Of a DNA stretch of 32,000 bases, positions 1 through 12,017 are shown piece after piece. This stretch comes from Wallemia ichthyophaga EXF-994 (lineage: Eukaryota > Fungi > Basidiomycota): contig NW_008806281.1 in NCBI RefSeq assembly GCF_000400465.1, positions 180,001-212,000 of the forward strand. The letters are read 5' to 3'. The stretch's first letter is position 1; each line of letters begins with the position of its first letter. The position numbers were made by a program, and so were the translations under genes. The notes below the pieces were generated by a model. It saw nothing but the letters and a program-made list of their open reading frames with translations, was not told where the DNA came from and made no database searches.

Positions 1-329
1 ACGGTATACCAACAGACTTATTGGACAGATGTATGATCATTAAGACCACTCCATACAGCAAGGAAGAGATGAAGGTTGTCCTGAGCCTTAGATCCAAGGT
101 CGAAGGTTTGAAATTGGGAGAGGCTGCACTCGATCAATTGGCTGAGAAGGGTGCAAACACATCGCTGAGATATGTCTTGCAAACACTGACTCCAGCTTCA
201 ATCCTTTCCAAGAATAGTAACAGGGCAGAGATTTCTCCAGAAGACGTGTCTGAGCTGGATGATCTTTTCATTGACGCAAAGACTTCTGCAGACTTCACTG
301 CTGCCACTCGCCAACCACATTCATCCTAG
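1..329 (+). CDS. RVB1: RuvB-like AAA+ ATPase 1, 3' end only (gene starts before the window)
   Basis: The frame from nt 3 reads GIPTDLLDRCMIIKTTPYSKEE...SLRYVLQTLTPASIL...DLFIDAKTSA, matching the Rvb1/pontin C-terminal signature (GIPxDLLDR, SLRY, LFxDAKxSA). Stop TAG at 327-329. Confidence 0.93.
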   Translation, partial: GIPTDLLDRCMIIKTTPYSKEEMKVVLSLRSKVEGLKLGEAALDQLAEKGANTSLRYVLQTLTPASILSKNSNRAEISPEDVSELDDLFIDAKTSADFTAATRQPHSS

Positions 330-419
330 ATATAAAATCTGATTATGATTAAGTTATATGTGTATAAAATACAATAAATAATGCAAAAGTTAGCTTTCTA
401 TATATATGGTACGTAAAGG

Positions 420-1224
420 CTAGGATTGACCATTTGTTTGCCTATATTCTTTCAGTATTTGATGCACGGCAACAGAGTTTCGAATGTTTTCATCAGCGAG
501 CTTCTCAAAAGCTTCCGTGACGCGTTTATATGCTGCTTCTAGATCCGCTGTTCTGGTGGTAGTGTTGTTGGGAAGATTGAATTGACTTGAATAATTATCA
601 TCATCATCGAAACCTCTCATACTCATTCTAGCAGGCGGTCGTTGTGGGTAGCCTTCTTGGGAATATGACGGGCTAGCTGAATGATTCATGTAGTCATCCA
701 AAACAGATTCAGTCTGTCTGTCTCTATCTTTCATTTTGAGTGTATCTCGTCGATTGTCGATATCATCAAGTGCTTTTTCTTCTTCAGTATCGGTGACTTG
801 ATCAAGCTCCTTTCGCACACGCTTAAACCAAAGCGGATCGGCGTTCTTATGTGCGTCTTTGGATTTCAAGAGATTCCGTAGTACTTCAATGTCGTTGTCG
901 CTGTTCTCTTCAAATACCTTTAATTGTTGAGTATGGCTATGGTTGCTGCTCGTACCCTCCACTTGATAGTTGAGTTGATCTCTCTGATGCTGTAAAACCA
1001 GGATACGCCTTCTCATCAAACGCTCTCTACTGTCGAATTCTTGTAGAGTATCTCTTACGAGGACTGCAAGATTTTTAAGCTCGTTTGCATTAGGATAATC
1101 TGAGCGTGATTGGGTTAGTTGATTTGTGGGTAAAGCTTATTAACGTACTAGCGAAATTATTCTTTAAAATTTCAATCTCCTTGCGAAGGTTGCTGTTCTC
1201 CTCAATCACTCTCTTTATCTCCAT
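420..1224 (-). CDS. Hypothetical coiled-coil protein, about 251 aa, 2 exons
   Basis: Exons 1224-1149 and 1099-420. Intron 1148-1100 (49 nt: GTACGT donor, ACTAAC branch, CAG). The spliced length of 756 nt closes in frame and extends the 420..1019 ORF to MEIKRVIEENSNLRKEIEILK. No family recognised. Confidence 0.7.
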
Positions 1225-1268
1225 TTGTTATGATGTGATGATGGAAAAGGTGGAACAAGGGAATATGT

Positions 1269-2822
1269 TCAGCTCATAACCATAACCTCTGCATAAATAA
1301 CAAAGAATCCTACCAAAGCTGTTATTATCAGTGGAAATATGTTCATCCACAAAAACTGCAGACGCGCTATCCTGATTCCTTTTGATTTCAGTATCTTATC
1401 CCATAGTAGCCCCGCTAAGCTAGCCGAGAGCGTGAATGAGTATGCACCAATATTGCTTCCGAAAGCTATACCGAGCATCCCTGCACGTACTGTTTTTGGA
1501 TTCCTGCTCGACTGAACGAGAACTTGGGACATAAGCACAGTTGCACCGATGTTAGTGCTGCCATTGCACAGCACTATCTCTATCAAACCCAATACCCACA
1601 CTGCCCGTAAAGTATCATCACCTATTGCTTTCTGTGCCCAACTGGCAAAGATGTCTATCCAGCCAACTGCTTGCAATGAGTTGACGAGAATGAATTGTGT
1701 GATGGCAAATGGTATAAGGGCGAATGGCAGACGGCTACCAACTGTCAACACGGTAGGAAATGACAGGTTGACAGTTCGCAGCCACCCAATCCTCTTCTCC
1801 ACCTTGCTCTTGAATTTGGCATGATGGCGCCAGTCATGTACCAGGTCTCTAACAAAGACAACGAATGCAGCGGGTATTGTAATCCAACAAACATGCATAC
1901 CTTCAATCAAAACGCTGCAAATGACCAATGAAACCAGTGTTGCTGTTAATATCACGCTGCTAAAGATTGCCCCAGTTCTATCAATCAAGACACTGCGAGG
2001 ATTGACCTCAGGTGCGCTCAAGCGAGAAGGGATATACACTTCGTTATCATCACGACTGAGTAATTTGTTGTATGGTGAGAATTGAATGAACAAAACTCCT
2101 AGCAATGCTATTGCAGAGAAGAAGACTGGTAAAATGAGATAAAGCGCGTAAGTGAGGAAGCTAGTAGAAGTTGTAGACGTTAAAACTAAATTGGTTGGAT
2201 TCGAAGGTGGGAGTACTGCCGATGCTAAGTTCGCCGCTGTGAACTGAGAGAACAGAAACGCGATTGGTGGATGGAGTCCAGTAACTCTAGTAAAGTAAGC
2301 CAGAAATGCCGTTCCACTTAATATAACTGGATCCTGTAAATATACACATAAGCGTCTGCCGAGATAAGGTCAAGAGCACTTACATTCCCGACGAACGTGG
2401 CTAGAAAGATAAAGAAGCAATAAAAGTAAGCATATAAAGCGTATCCAGAGTTTTTGCCTTTATTTGATACCCAAAATGCAAGATACTGGAGTAATCCCGT
2501 TGCATCGAGCGATAACGCAATATAAGCCTATGAAATCATAAGCTTTGATAGTACAAGGAATGCAATCAATAAACCTCACCAGTGACAAGAACAGTAGGAG
2601 AATATCATACGGCCTTAGATGAGTCTCATCGCCTACGAAACCGTATTTCAACTGCTCTCCACCGATGCACCTGCTAGCCAATAGCACGATGATGCAGAGA
2701 ATTGGAACGGTGTGAAGGTTTAAATAGATGCTGAAATTGTTGAAATTGATTTTGAATGGCTTCAGTGTAAAGAAATTGCTAATCAAGAAGAAGATTATGG
2801 TCACTATAGCCTCATACCTCAT
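1269..2822 (-). CDS. ArsB/citrate-transporter (IT superfamily) multi-pass membrane permease, about 483 aa, 3 exons
   Basis: Exons 2822-2580, 2527-2384, 2333-1269; introns of 52 and 50 nt. Motifs PYDILLLFLSLAYI, GNDPVILSGTAFL, SNPTNLV, GSNIGAYS..SASLAGLLW are typical of fungal ArsB-like permeases. Substrate not determinable; start codon is my best estimate. Confidence 0.8.
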
Positions 2823-2972
2823 AGTTAAGCATGAAGGGACAGTCACGAACACAACGTCAAACTTGAAGTTACAATGCAGAAATTTAAAATTCATGCTAGC
2901 TAGAATACTATCGAGATATGCTAAAAAAAGAAAAAGAAAGTAAATCAGACATGTAAGATTAAAACTTGGTTT

Positions 2973-5900
2973 CTATGACAGCAAGAAACCTTTGCCTTCA
3001 CTCATTGCTATCGTAAGCTTTTGCTTCAATACATCCTTGTCGCTGTAATCGGGCAGCTTGAGATAATTGGCGCAAGTCATAACACTAGGAAGCGAGTCGT
3101 CCGCTTTGTACCCAGCTTCTGGCGACTTGCGAACGACAGTGAGCTGAGGATGCAGTCCTCGGAAGCCTGATTCAGAGTTAGCAATTACCTTTCACAAAAA
3201 ACATACCACTGACCTCCAATTGGCAACTTGGGAGAACCAGTGAGGAATTGCAAGAAGTCTCTACGAGCGACCTTGTCAAATTCAGATAAGGCCTCAATTA
3301 ATCTACGCAATGCTGGACTGTCATTGTTGAAACCATGGTCAGCCTTGATGACTTCGCTCAACGTCTCAGTCGTCCAATCTTCATCAGCATTGCCGAACAA
3401 GCTTGTGAGCTCCTCAGGTGTGAAGATCTTCATATCTTCAACGGACAATATCTTTGAGAAACCTTCCACAAATGCATCTACTTGCTTGGTCACACCACTG
3501 ACGAGAGTCGCGTCGATCACTTTATCAATGAAATCGCCAACGTTGTCGAGAGTAACATCGACATTTTCGCCTTTTTCGACCAACTGGTATTCAGGCTGAC
3601 CTGGTAAAGTGAAGTCGAGTGCGAGGTTATCAATCTTATCAGCTATTTGACCCTTGGACAGCTCTGTTGAACCAACAATCTTTTGCACTTCCTCGATACT
3701 CTTTCCGACCAAAGGATCTACAAGCTTGACACCTGCAACTGACTTTGGAATATTCAAACCCATAACCAAATTCATGAGGAGAGGGTTAAATGATATGTCG
3801 ATAATCCTAGAGTCGAGTAAACCCTTAGCGAGGAATTGACCCAAAATTCTGAACAACTTGATCCGCTCTTCACCTCTATCTGATTCAATTTCCTTTGCTG
3901 ACATTGGCATTGGGAAAAGACCAGTCTGTGAGTAGACATATGGTGATTCTGACGAATCTGAGCTTCCTCTCCACAACTTCAAGTCTTTACGTGCGAATTC
4001 TTTACTAACCAAAGAATAGAACTCTAACGTAGGTCCCAAGCCTGTTCCGACTTCTTCAAAGTATTCGATCTCTAATATGCTTGATGAGCCACCGTACAAC
4101 TCAAATACCTTGATGGCAGACTCCAACACGTATTCCCTGGAAATTCTAACCTTTTGTCTTTGCATCCTACCTAGATGAGATGTCGTAGGATCAATTCTAC
4201 GGCTGTCTGAAGATGTGCGTGATGCCTCGTTCTGCCACTTGGTAATCAACCTTGCTGTACCCCAGCTCTGTGCTTGTAAGAAAGCGTATCGGGTCTGGAA
4301 CGTAAAAAGGAAGGGGAATGCAGTTGGCAGGTCGATTGCCCAATCAGGAAGACAGGAACTGTGTTAAAAGTTAGGATTTATTTTCTCGTCAGATACCAAC
4401 GCACCTAGCTATCAACATAGGCTCTTCAAGTTGACGATTGAGCTTAGCGGTAAGCTTGTTGTTGACAAACGTCATCTCTCCAACACCAGTTTCTTGAGAA
4501 AGAGCCGCACCAGGTTGGTTGAGCACATTGACTTCTTGTACACCTGTGCACATAGCATGGAGAACTCTAAGAAGTTGAAGAATGAGAGCATGCTGAGAGT
4601 CTTGAGCGACAGATGCAGGAAGCTGTGACCACGTGTTTTGTACACTTTCAGACGTGATGGCGCTGATATTTGGCTTAACGTCATTCTTCTCTTTCTTAGG
4701 TACTGGTCCTTCCTTACGTCTAAATTTAAGAGTGTAGACGTTTGCGAAAACGTTTCTCGAACCAGCATCATCATTGTCATGTAGATTACTGTAGATGGTT
4801 GACCCCAGATCGACCTTTTCGCCATTCAACTCAAACTCGAGGTGGAAGTCGGTTGGCTTTGTCTTGAGTGCCGATGCGTAAGATCCTTTTGGTTTTGCTT
4901 CCTTGGTACCTTCTGAAGACTCAGGCTTCTTGGAGCTAGATTTGGATGACTTTCTCGCACTCGGTGAAGCTTCAGAAGCAACTGCTGGAGACGGTATACG
5001 CGTACCTTCAGGAGTCTTGGCTTCAATTTCCTTGCCATCATCCTTAACATCCAAATTGATGGTTTTCTCCTGGCCCAGTCTACCTTCACCCACCATGTCA
5101 GCTTCCATCTCATCGTCATACAACTCATCATCAAATTCATCAACGAATTCGCCTGCAAACGGATCATTTCTATCATTTTCATCCTCATCATCCTCGTGTT
5201 CATCATCATCCTCTTCCATAGCACGAAGCTCCTCCTCATCGATATCATCCTCGTCATCTTCGTAATTATCCTCATCATCCTCATCACCTTGGGCCGATTC
5301 CTTGCCCTTTCCTTTTGATTTGCTTTCCTGGTTTGATGCTGTCGGTGTACCAGACAAATCTTCCTTGGAGCTGCGACGGCTACTGCTCTTACTACTTCCC
5401 TCCTTTTTGTCCTTATTTTCCTTCTTGCTGGAGTTCGGTGAAGATGCATCTGCTTCTGGAGGAGGAATGCCGGTTGCGGCGGCAAACGCGGCAAGCACAC
5501 CAGAGAGTCTTGATGAACCACTACCACCTTTACCTGAAAGTCCATTAATGATTCTAGGACGTAAATAGTCGTTTAGAATTTGGAAGGTTGCAATAGCGTG
5601 AACAGAGACGACCATGGTAGGTTGCACCTTGCTTAACTCTGGATCATCAGCCACCAAACGCAGTCTGACTTGACGACTAAGTGCTGAGATCGGGCTACGG
5701 CGACTATCATCACCAAGATTTGATCCAACTGTGCTGACAGAAAATGGTTCCAATCTGCTGAGCGATTCTTGAAGACGTTTAACCAGAGATAACAGAGCAG
5801 ATGGCGAGCCAGGAATTTGTGATCGTCTACTTGAAAATATTTCAATTACTAATTTATGTCTGAGTGCTGTAGGAAGAGAATCGGTATTACCAGTAATGAA

Positions 5901-8670
5901 CGCGAGCAGACCCTCAATCAATCCACTGCGGAGTAACTCAAAGCTAGACATGCTATCTTCACGAGTAAACCAATTGCCAAGCTTCTGCAGTGTTTCCTCT
6001 ATCTGTTCAGCAGGTGTAGTTGAGGATTTGAGACCTTGAACCATCTCACGAATTTCTGCAAGCGCAACTTTGGCATCATCGTAAGTTTCAGCACCATTTT
6101 GTTCCTCCAACTTTGCGAAGATTTCCTTCAGTGCCCTAGCTCTGGCAATAGCTGCATCAGATGGATTTACATTCGAAGCTCTATCGAGGCTCGCAGGTGA
6201 TGCGGTACCCGCAGCTGCTGAAGCAGCAGCGCTACCGGCAGCCAAGTAAGATGCGAGTCTGTTGGCTGGATTACCAGTTCCAAGACTAAGGAAACCTGGT
6301 GATGACTCAGCTTGCGGTATGTCAACTCTAAGGGCTCTTGCGAGGTTGGAAACAGGATCACCACCAAGTGGACCCTCGTCTCTTTCAGCCGTTGAGTTAG
6401 GCTCGGTCTGTTTCTCCTTATCGTCCTTTTCTGAGTTGAGCTTGTCATCGGCAATAACCTCAATCTCGTACATAACACCTTGGCGTCTGAGTGCTGAGTG
6501 ATAGACTTCAGGTAACTTGTTGACGAGAAGCTCAACGAGCTGAAGAGCACCAGTAACCAAGTTAGGGTTATCGCGTGAAGAAAGTATACCTCCAATAAAG
6601 CTAGCCATTGGAATAAATCTGAGTAGGTTCTGTAGTTCAGGTTCCTCTGCAAAGCTGACTATTTTGAGAAGACCAGCTAGTGCTTTACTGCGGACAGGTA
6701 AAGAGACAGATGCAGCGAAAACTTCCACAAATACGGGAAGCATAAGAGACATAAAGCGATCGATTGAAGCTGGGTTAGAGCGGAGACATTCAATGCGGTT
6801 ACGCATTGCTTCTTGACGTGTGGCCTCTCTCTGTCTGGTACGGTTGACAAGGCTTGGCGGTGCATGACTTTCAACCTCTTCATTTGCTCGTGAGCTCTCA
6901 TCTTGGCCTTCACCTGTTTTGTTTACGTATGACTTGTTATCAAATACACCAACTAATGGTTCGTTAGCTAAGTTAAATAAAAGGGAGCTACTCACCAGGT
7001 ACGATGGGTGGAAGTAGCTCTAACGAAAGACTGAGAGCCTCATCGACTTGATCTTTTGGCCTGTGAGCCAAGTTTTCGAGAACGACCATATCAGCTAAAC
7101 CGCCTTCACCAGGGGCAGAACCATCTTTCATTGCTTGCGTAGTTGGATCAGTTTTCTCTGGAACGAGTACACCAGTGAGAATGTTATAAAGAGTGTCAAC
7201 AATGCTGCCATCTAACAAGGCGATGGCAGCCTTAGCACTAGCTTTGCTTGCTGATGACATGGAGCGTAGGAGTGCAGTGAAGGTGTTAATAGTGATCAGA
7301 GGCGTACCTCCTGATCCAGAGGGTAAGAGAAGGCTGACGACTGCAGTAATAAGTGTGCCATCCTCGAGTAGCTTTTCGATAAGATCAGCTTTGTTCTTGT
7401 AACTGTCAATGATACGAACGACACAAAGACAAGCTTGCTCTACTAATCTTTGATCGGAATAACCAAGAACGTCGCGTATTTTCGGAATTGCGTCGTGAAC
7501 CATATCGAAGCTGTCTGGAGGAAGAGCGCGACAGCAGTTGGCGGCAGCGGTGAGCGCAGTACGTTGGACATGGGAATTGAAAAAGTCGAGGTATTGGAGA
7601 ATCGCGGTGAGACCGCCTTCTGAGACAATTTTGTTTGGAACCTCCTGAGCGAGTTTGCCAAGAGTAGAAACAGCTTCTTCAGCGAGGTCAACGTACTGAA
7701 CATCACGTAACTTTGAGCAAAGGATAGGGATAGCGCCGTTTTGAGCAACTCTAATTGATGAGCCGGGGAGGGCTTCCATGAGATTGGCCAAACAACGGCA
7801 AGCGAGGAGCTGAGCCTCACCAACGTTGTCACCGAAGCCACCACCACCAGAAGCAGCGAGAGCGGCCATTATCTCGGCTTCCTCCTGAGCTTCAGCTGAA
7901 AGAGGTTCTTTCTTATTTGATTGATCGGTTGTAGTCGGAGGATCGCCATTCATGATTGCAATTAGTTCTTTAGAGAAAGCTTCAACCTGGAAAGAGCCAG
8001 CGAGAGTTTCTTCAGTAGAAACAGCTAAAACTTCAGCTAACTCTTGAAGAGCAATCATGAGCTGTGTACCATCACCAGAGCCTAAGGGATGAGGACGTTC
8101 GCGGAGGTGTTGGAGGATATTCTTGTAGCGTGAGGATTGACCGAAGATCAAGCCACTGAGCATTCTATAGTCAGCAAGGAGAGCGTGATCGTCTTGAGGG
8201 ATTTCATCTAGGTGGTTGTCGTCGTCGTCGTCATGGTCTAAATCCTGGTCTAAATCAAGGTCATGGTCGTTGTGTTGCTGGTTGTGATGTTGTGGAGAAT
8301 TATCAAGGTTGGGTACGTCATTGCGAGCTTCTGCAGCAGCATCAGCTTCAGCCATGAGAAGGTCATCGTCGTGGTAGGTTGAGGAGTTTCTTTGTGGATT
8401 ACGTCTGTGGTTGGAAGTGTTTGGTTGACGAGATTTCTTAGATTTTTCATTTGGAACGTTTAATTGCTTCTTATCCATTTCTTTATTAGTAGATCTGAGG
8501 TTATACTTTGATTTCTTGTTACTTGTGGTTTCAACTGGTTGCTGGCTCTTTCTCTTTGAAGAACCTGGCTGTGGATTACTGTTGCTGTTGCTGTTGTTTG
8601 TATTGCTCGATTGACTTGTAGATTGCTGTGGATAACTTGGCTTATTTGATTTATTCCTCTTTGGTGGCAT
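2973..8670 (-). CDS. UFD4: HECT E3 ubiquitin ligase, Ufd4/TRIP12 family, about 1853 aa, 4 exons
   Basis: Exons 8670-6996, 6952-4405, 4358-3214, 3166-2973; introns of 43, 46 and 47 nt; 5562 nt in frame. ARM-repeat motifs (LLACRCLANLMEALP, YLDFF..VQRTAL), NNKLTAKLNRQLEEP, EVGTGLGPTLEFY, FLQFLTGSPKLPIGGF and catalytic LPSVMTCANYLKLPDYS. Confidence 0.95.
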
Positions 8671-9164
8671 CTGATTTTTAATTCAAGATATCCATCAAAC
8701 GATCTCAATTTCTTATTTAGCTTGTGATGGTCGTTCGAGAGAAAGATCTAATCACGCTGTATCATATAAAGACTTTTAAATGAAAATATTCTTCTTATTT
8801 ACAATACATTTTTGGCCTTTAGATCTCTGGCTTCAAGCACTGTACAGCTCAAACCCACGTTTGTCTAAATTAACCAATCTCTATAGCCCTCCTCCGTTAG
8901 CAGCAATAGCGTGTACGCTAAAGCTCCTGCAGATGCTTTTCATCTACAAAAGGGCATTATCGTCTAATCGATTCCCCCAGTGACACACCCGCTATAGTTA
9001 ACTACTCACACGCACAATTTAAAATATATGCCTGAGATAAATAAACTTATAGCTGTATTTTACTCTTTTTAAAACCTTCATTATGCTCATCGTCGTTACT
9101 ACGAAACGAGCGACAATTTCCCTTTCTCCTGGTTGAATAAAAAATCTCGTAGGTTTCGACGTCG

Positions 9165-11907
9165 ATGGATCTTGCAAATAAGAACAGCGACGAGGAAGCA
9201 CCATTGCTATCTTCCTCATCTACCTCTGAGATGTCTATCCACGATAAGATGGCCACATCCCATGTTTATCCGCTTATCTGGACAATACGCAGAGATATCA
9301 TTAGAATTATTGAAACCCCTTTTTCCTGGGAGCAGCTACAATCTCCCCATATTACTTACAATGTCGTTCAAATCCTCGCTCTCAAGTATGGTTCCTTGTA
9401 CCACCAAAATTTGGCTATTGGTGTGTGTCCATTGGTTTCCTAGCTACTTGCTCATACCCCTATAAGTCTACTGTCTTCTCGTCAATAGAGTTCACTTTAT
9501 TAGCGAGTCAAGTTCCCCGGTGTGCACATCATATTGCGTCATTTTCTCTTTCTCTAACATAGCTGCAGACCCACATGGGCGTAAATGCAACCAGAGCTAA
9601 CCTCTGTGAACTACTTGCTCTCAAAGTCCTTCGAGTCTATGCTGATAAAGCTTCTTCCAAGATTGACTTAGCCTATGTCTTAGCTGGGCCATTCAGACTC
9701 TTTCAAGGTGCTTCAGAAGACGTCGTACAGAAAGTCATCGAAGAAGAAGGTGAAGGTCCTCTCTACAAAGCCAGCAATGCACTTGAGATCGCAATAGTGG
9801 GAAATGCAAAGCGCTTTATAAAAAGTGCACATTGTCAGAAAGTTATCAATTCCATTTGGAATGGCTCTGTAGTGTATACACCTGTTAACAAACACGCCTT
9901 TATCAGTGATTACTACAAGGTAAAGCCAATCACTTTCTTCAACCCCCGTCAATCACCTCTGCTAGATCACTATCGTCTAAAAGTTCCTCGTATACGCTCT
10001 GTCATTGAATACGTCAACTTCTGTATTTTATTCGCACTATTCGTTTTTGCAATTGAGTCTAATGAGCAACATTCTTTCAATATCATCGAAATCGGCTTCA
10101 TTTTTTATGCTCTGGGTTTCACATTGGAAAAGCTGGCAAGTACACAGGAGCATGGTTGGAAAGTATACTCAGCAAATCTTTGGAATGGGTTCGATTTGCT
10201 TTTCATTATCGATTTTCTCCATTACCTCGCTTTTAGAGTGTACGGTATCTGGTATGATCATCCAAAATATTCACTTCTCGGACTCGAAGTATTATCATGC
10301 GCAGCTGCTCTGCTGTTCCCTAGGTTGGCATTTGTTACGCTATCAAACAATCTTATGATTCTGTCAATCCGAGCTCTTTTCCTCGATTTCCTCTTCCTGA
10401 TGGCACTAGCCTTCTTCTGTTTCACCGGGTTTCTCTATGCTCTCTGGACCCTCGGTAGGGGTGCGTATACTTGGGAGGAACTAGCAAAATATATGCTTTT
10501 CATCGTGAGTTGAGTTTCTTTTTTAAAGACATTTCTCAACAACAGCAGTGGTTTGGATTGGATGGGACTGGATTCACCATAGCCCCAAACCTTCATCCAG
10601 TATTTGGGCCTGTGCTAATTGTGTTATATGCGTGTATCAGCAATACGCTTTTGCTCACAGTGCTCGTCTCGATTCTGTCTACGACATTTGCGAAAATAGA
10701 TGCCGACGCCGAAGCTGAGTATATGTTCAGACAGGCGGTGCAGACTATAGAAGGAGTCAAAAGTGATGCTTTGTTCGGGTACCAGCCACCATTGAACATA
10801 TTTGCATGGCTAGTGATGGCGCCTGCGCGATGGATACTGTCCCCACGGTGGTTCCACAAGTTCAACGTTTTCATGGTCAGAGCTACTGCGGCACCCATCC
10901 TGCTTATCATCTCGCTTTATGAGAGATATGAGCCAGAGACGCTGCGTTCCGTGTTGCCCTTCTACAAGAGGATCCAAGCGATGGCGGACAAGATTGGCGA
11001 GAGCCTGCCTCGGAAACTGAAAAACCTAACTCTGCTTGAAGGGTTGGTAGGGTCTGGCAAAGATGTAGCAGCTGCATTCGAGTACCATCCCGATCAAGGC
11101 TGGGATGAAGATGAGGAGGAGGATCTCGACTTCGTTGGCAAGACGCAGTTCAATCATGACGAGGTACAGCGCGCGACTACTGTGGCACGCGAGCAGCACT
11201 ATGGCACCGAGGAGAATGAACTGCATAGACGTATGTGCGAGGAAATTGAACAGCGCAGATTGAGTCAGATACCTTCGCGTAATGTACTCTCCCCTCAACG
11301 CATACAGCAGCAGAGGTTGCGCGATGAGCTGGAAGTGCTACAGCCTGGTTTTAGCAAAAGTGTGGGCAAAGAGCCAGAGTTACCCTTTCCTCAGACGCGG
11401 ATGGAGAGCGATGACAATGAAGATGCCGTCAGTCCACTGCTTAGTCAGACCGATCCTCCACCAGGAGTAAGCAACAGGAGGAAAACAGAAGGATCAACAG
11501 TTCTACGCCCCACCACTCAAGACACGGATAATGCCAGACTGCAGCGCATCCAAAAGGGACGCCCTCGCAGAATGTCGAATGTGGAACATACCCTCAGTCG
11601 CAATATAGGCAGTCTGAACAGCCCGCTGGCCAAAGCCTTTTCAACACGGCCGATGCTTAGCGCGTATAGGAAACCACGATCACATGAGTCGAATATTGGA
11701 TCGATACTGGCTAATCCAATTCAACAAGAGGGCGCTTTACAGCCGTCACGCAAAACCAAGAGTGACAATACATCGCCTCATCCCTCTCAGAATGTTCTTC
11801 AGGATAGCACCCAGTCGGAACAGATGCATGAAAAACTATCGACTATTGATGCTCGCCAGGCGCGAATGGAAAGCATACTCGAGCGCCTAGCCAAAAGTAT
11901 CGAATGA
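9165..11907 (+). CDS. YVC1: Fungal TRP-like (Yvc1/TRPY1 family) cation channel, about 869 aa, 4 exons
   Basis: Exons 9165-9420, 9467-9519, 9563-10504, 10549-11907; introns of 46, 43 and 44 nt. Motifs RANLCELLA, ALEIAI..AKRF...CQKVINSIWNG, RLKVPR, LFPRL, WFGLDGTG, NTLLLTVLVSILS, YQPPLN. Long disordered C-tail. Confidence 0.85.
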
Positions 11908-12017
11908 GCACCAGGAAATGCCAACGAGTAGAGCCTTCATGTAAACATGTGATGGTATTCATAAAGAAATTTCGTTACTTTGTCGTACGTTATACATTCC
12001 TAGTAACTTAATTCAGC

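Noticed and set aside
2973-3000. HECT C-terminus EGKGFLLS is one residue shorter than the usual EGxGxFxLS of this family
   Set aside because: The critical -4 Phe and the catalytic Cys are intact, and other HECT families have this spacing.
5140-5290. Very long Asp/Glu tract in Ufd4
   Set aside because: Acidic disordered inserts are common in Ufd4/TRIP12 proteins; there is no nucleotide-level repeat unit.
4472-6913. Many overlapping ORFs inside UFD4 (e.g. 4826-5545, 4903-5265 poly-Ser)
   Set aside because: Off-frame readings of the acidic and Ser/Lys low-complexity linker of the real protein.
10545-10548. NAGNAG acceptor in the TRP channel (plus or minus one Gln) and similar tandem acceptors at 9562/9568 and 22654/22657
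   Set aside because: Common splice-site noise with minimal predicted effect.
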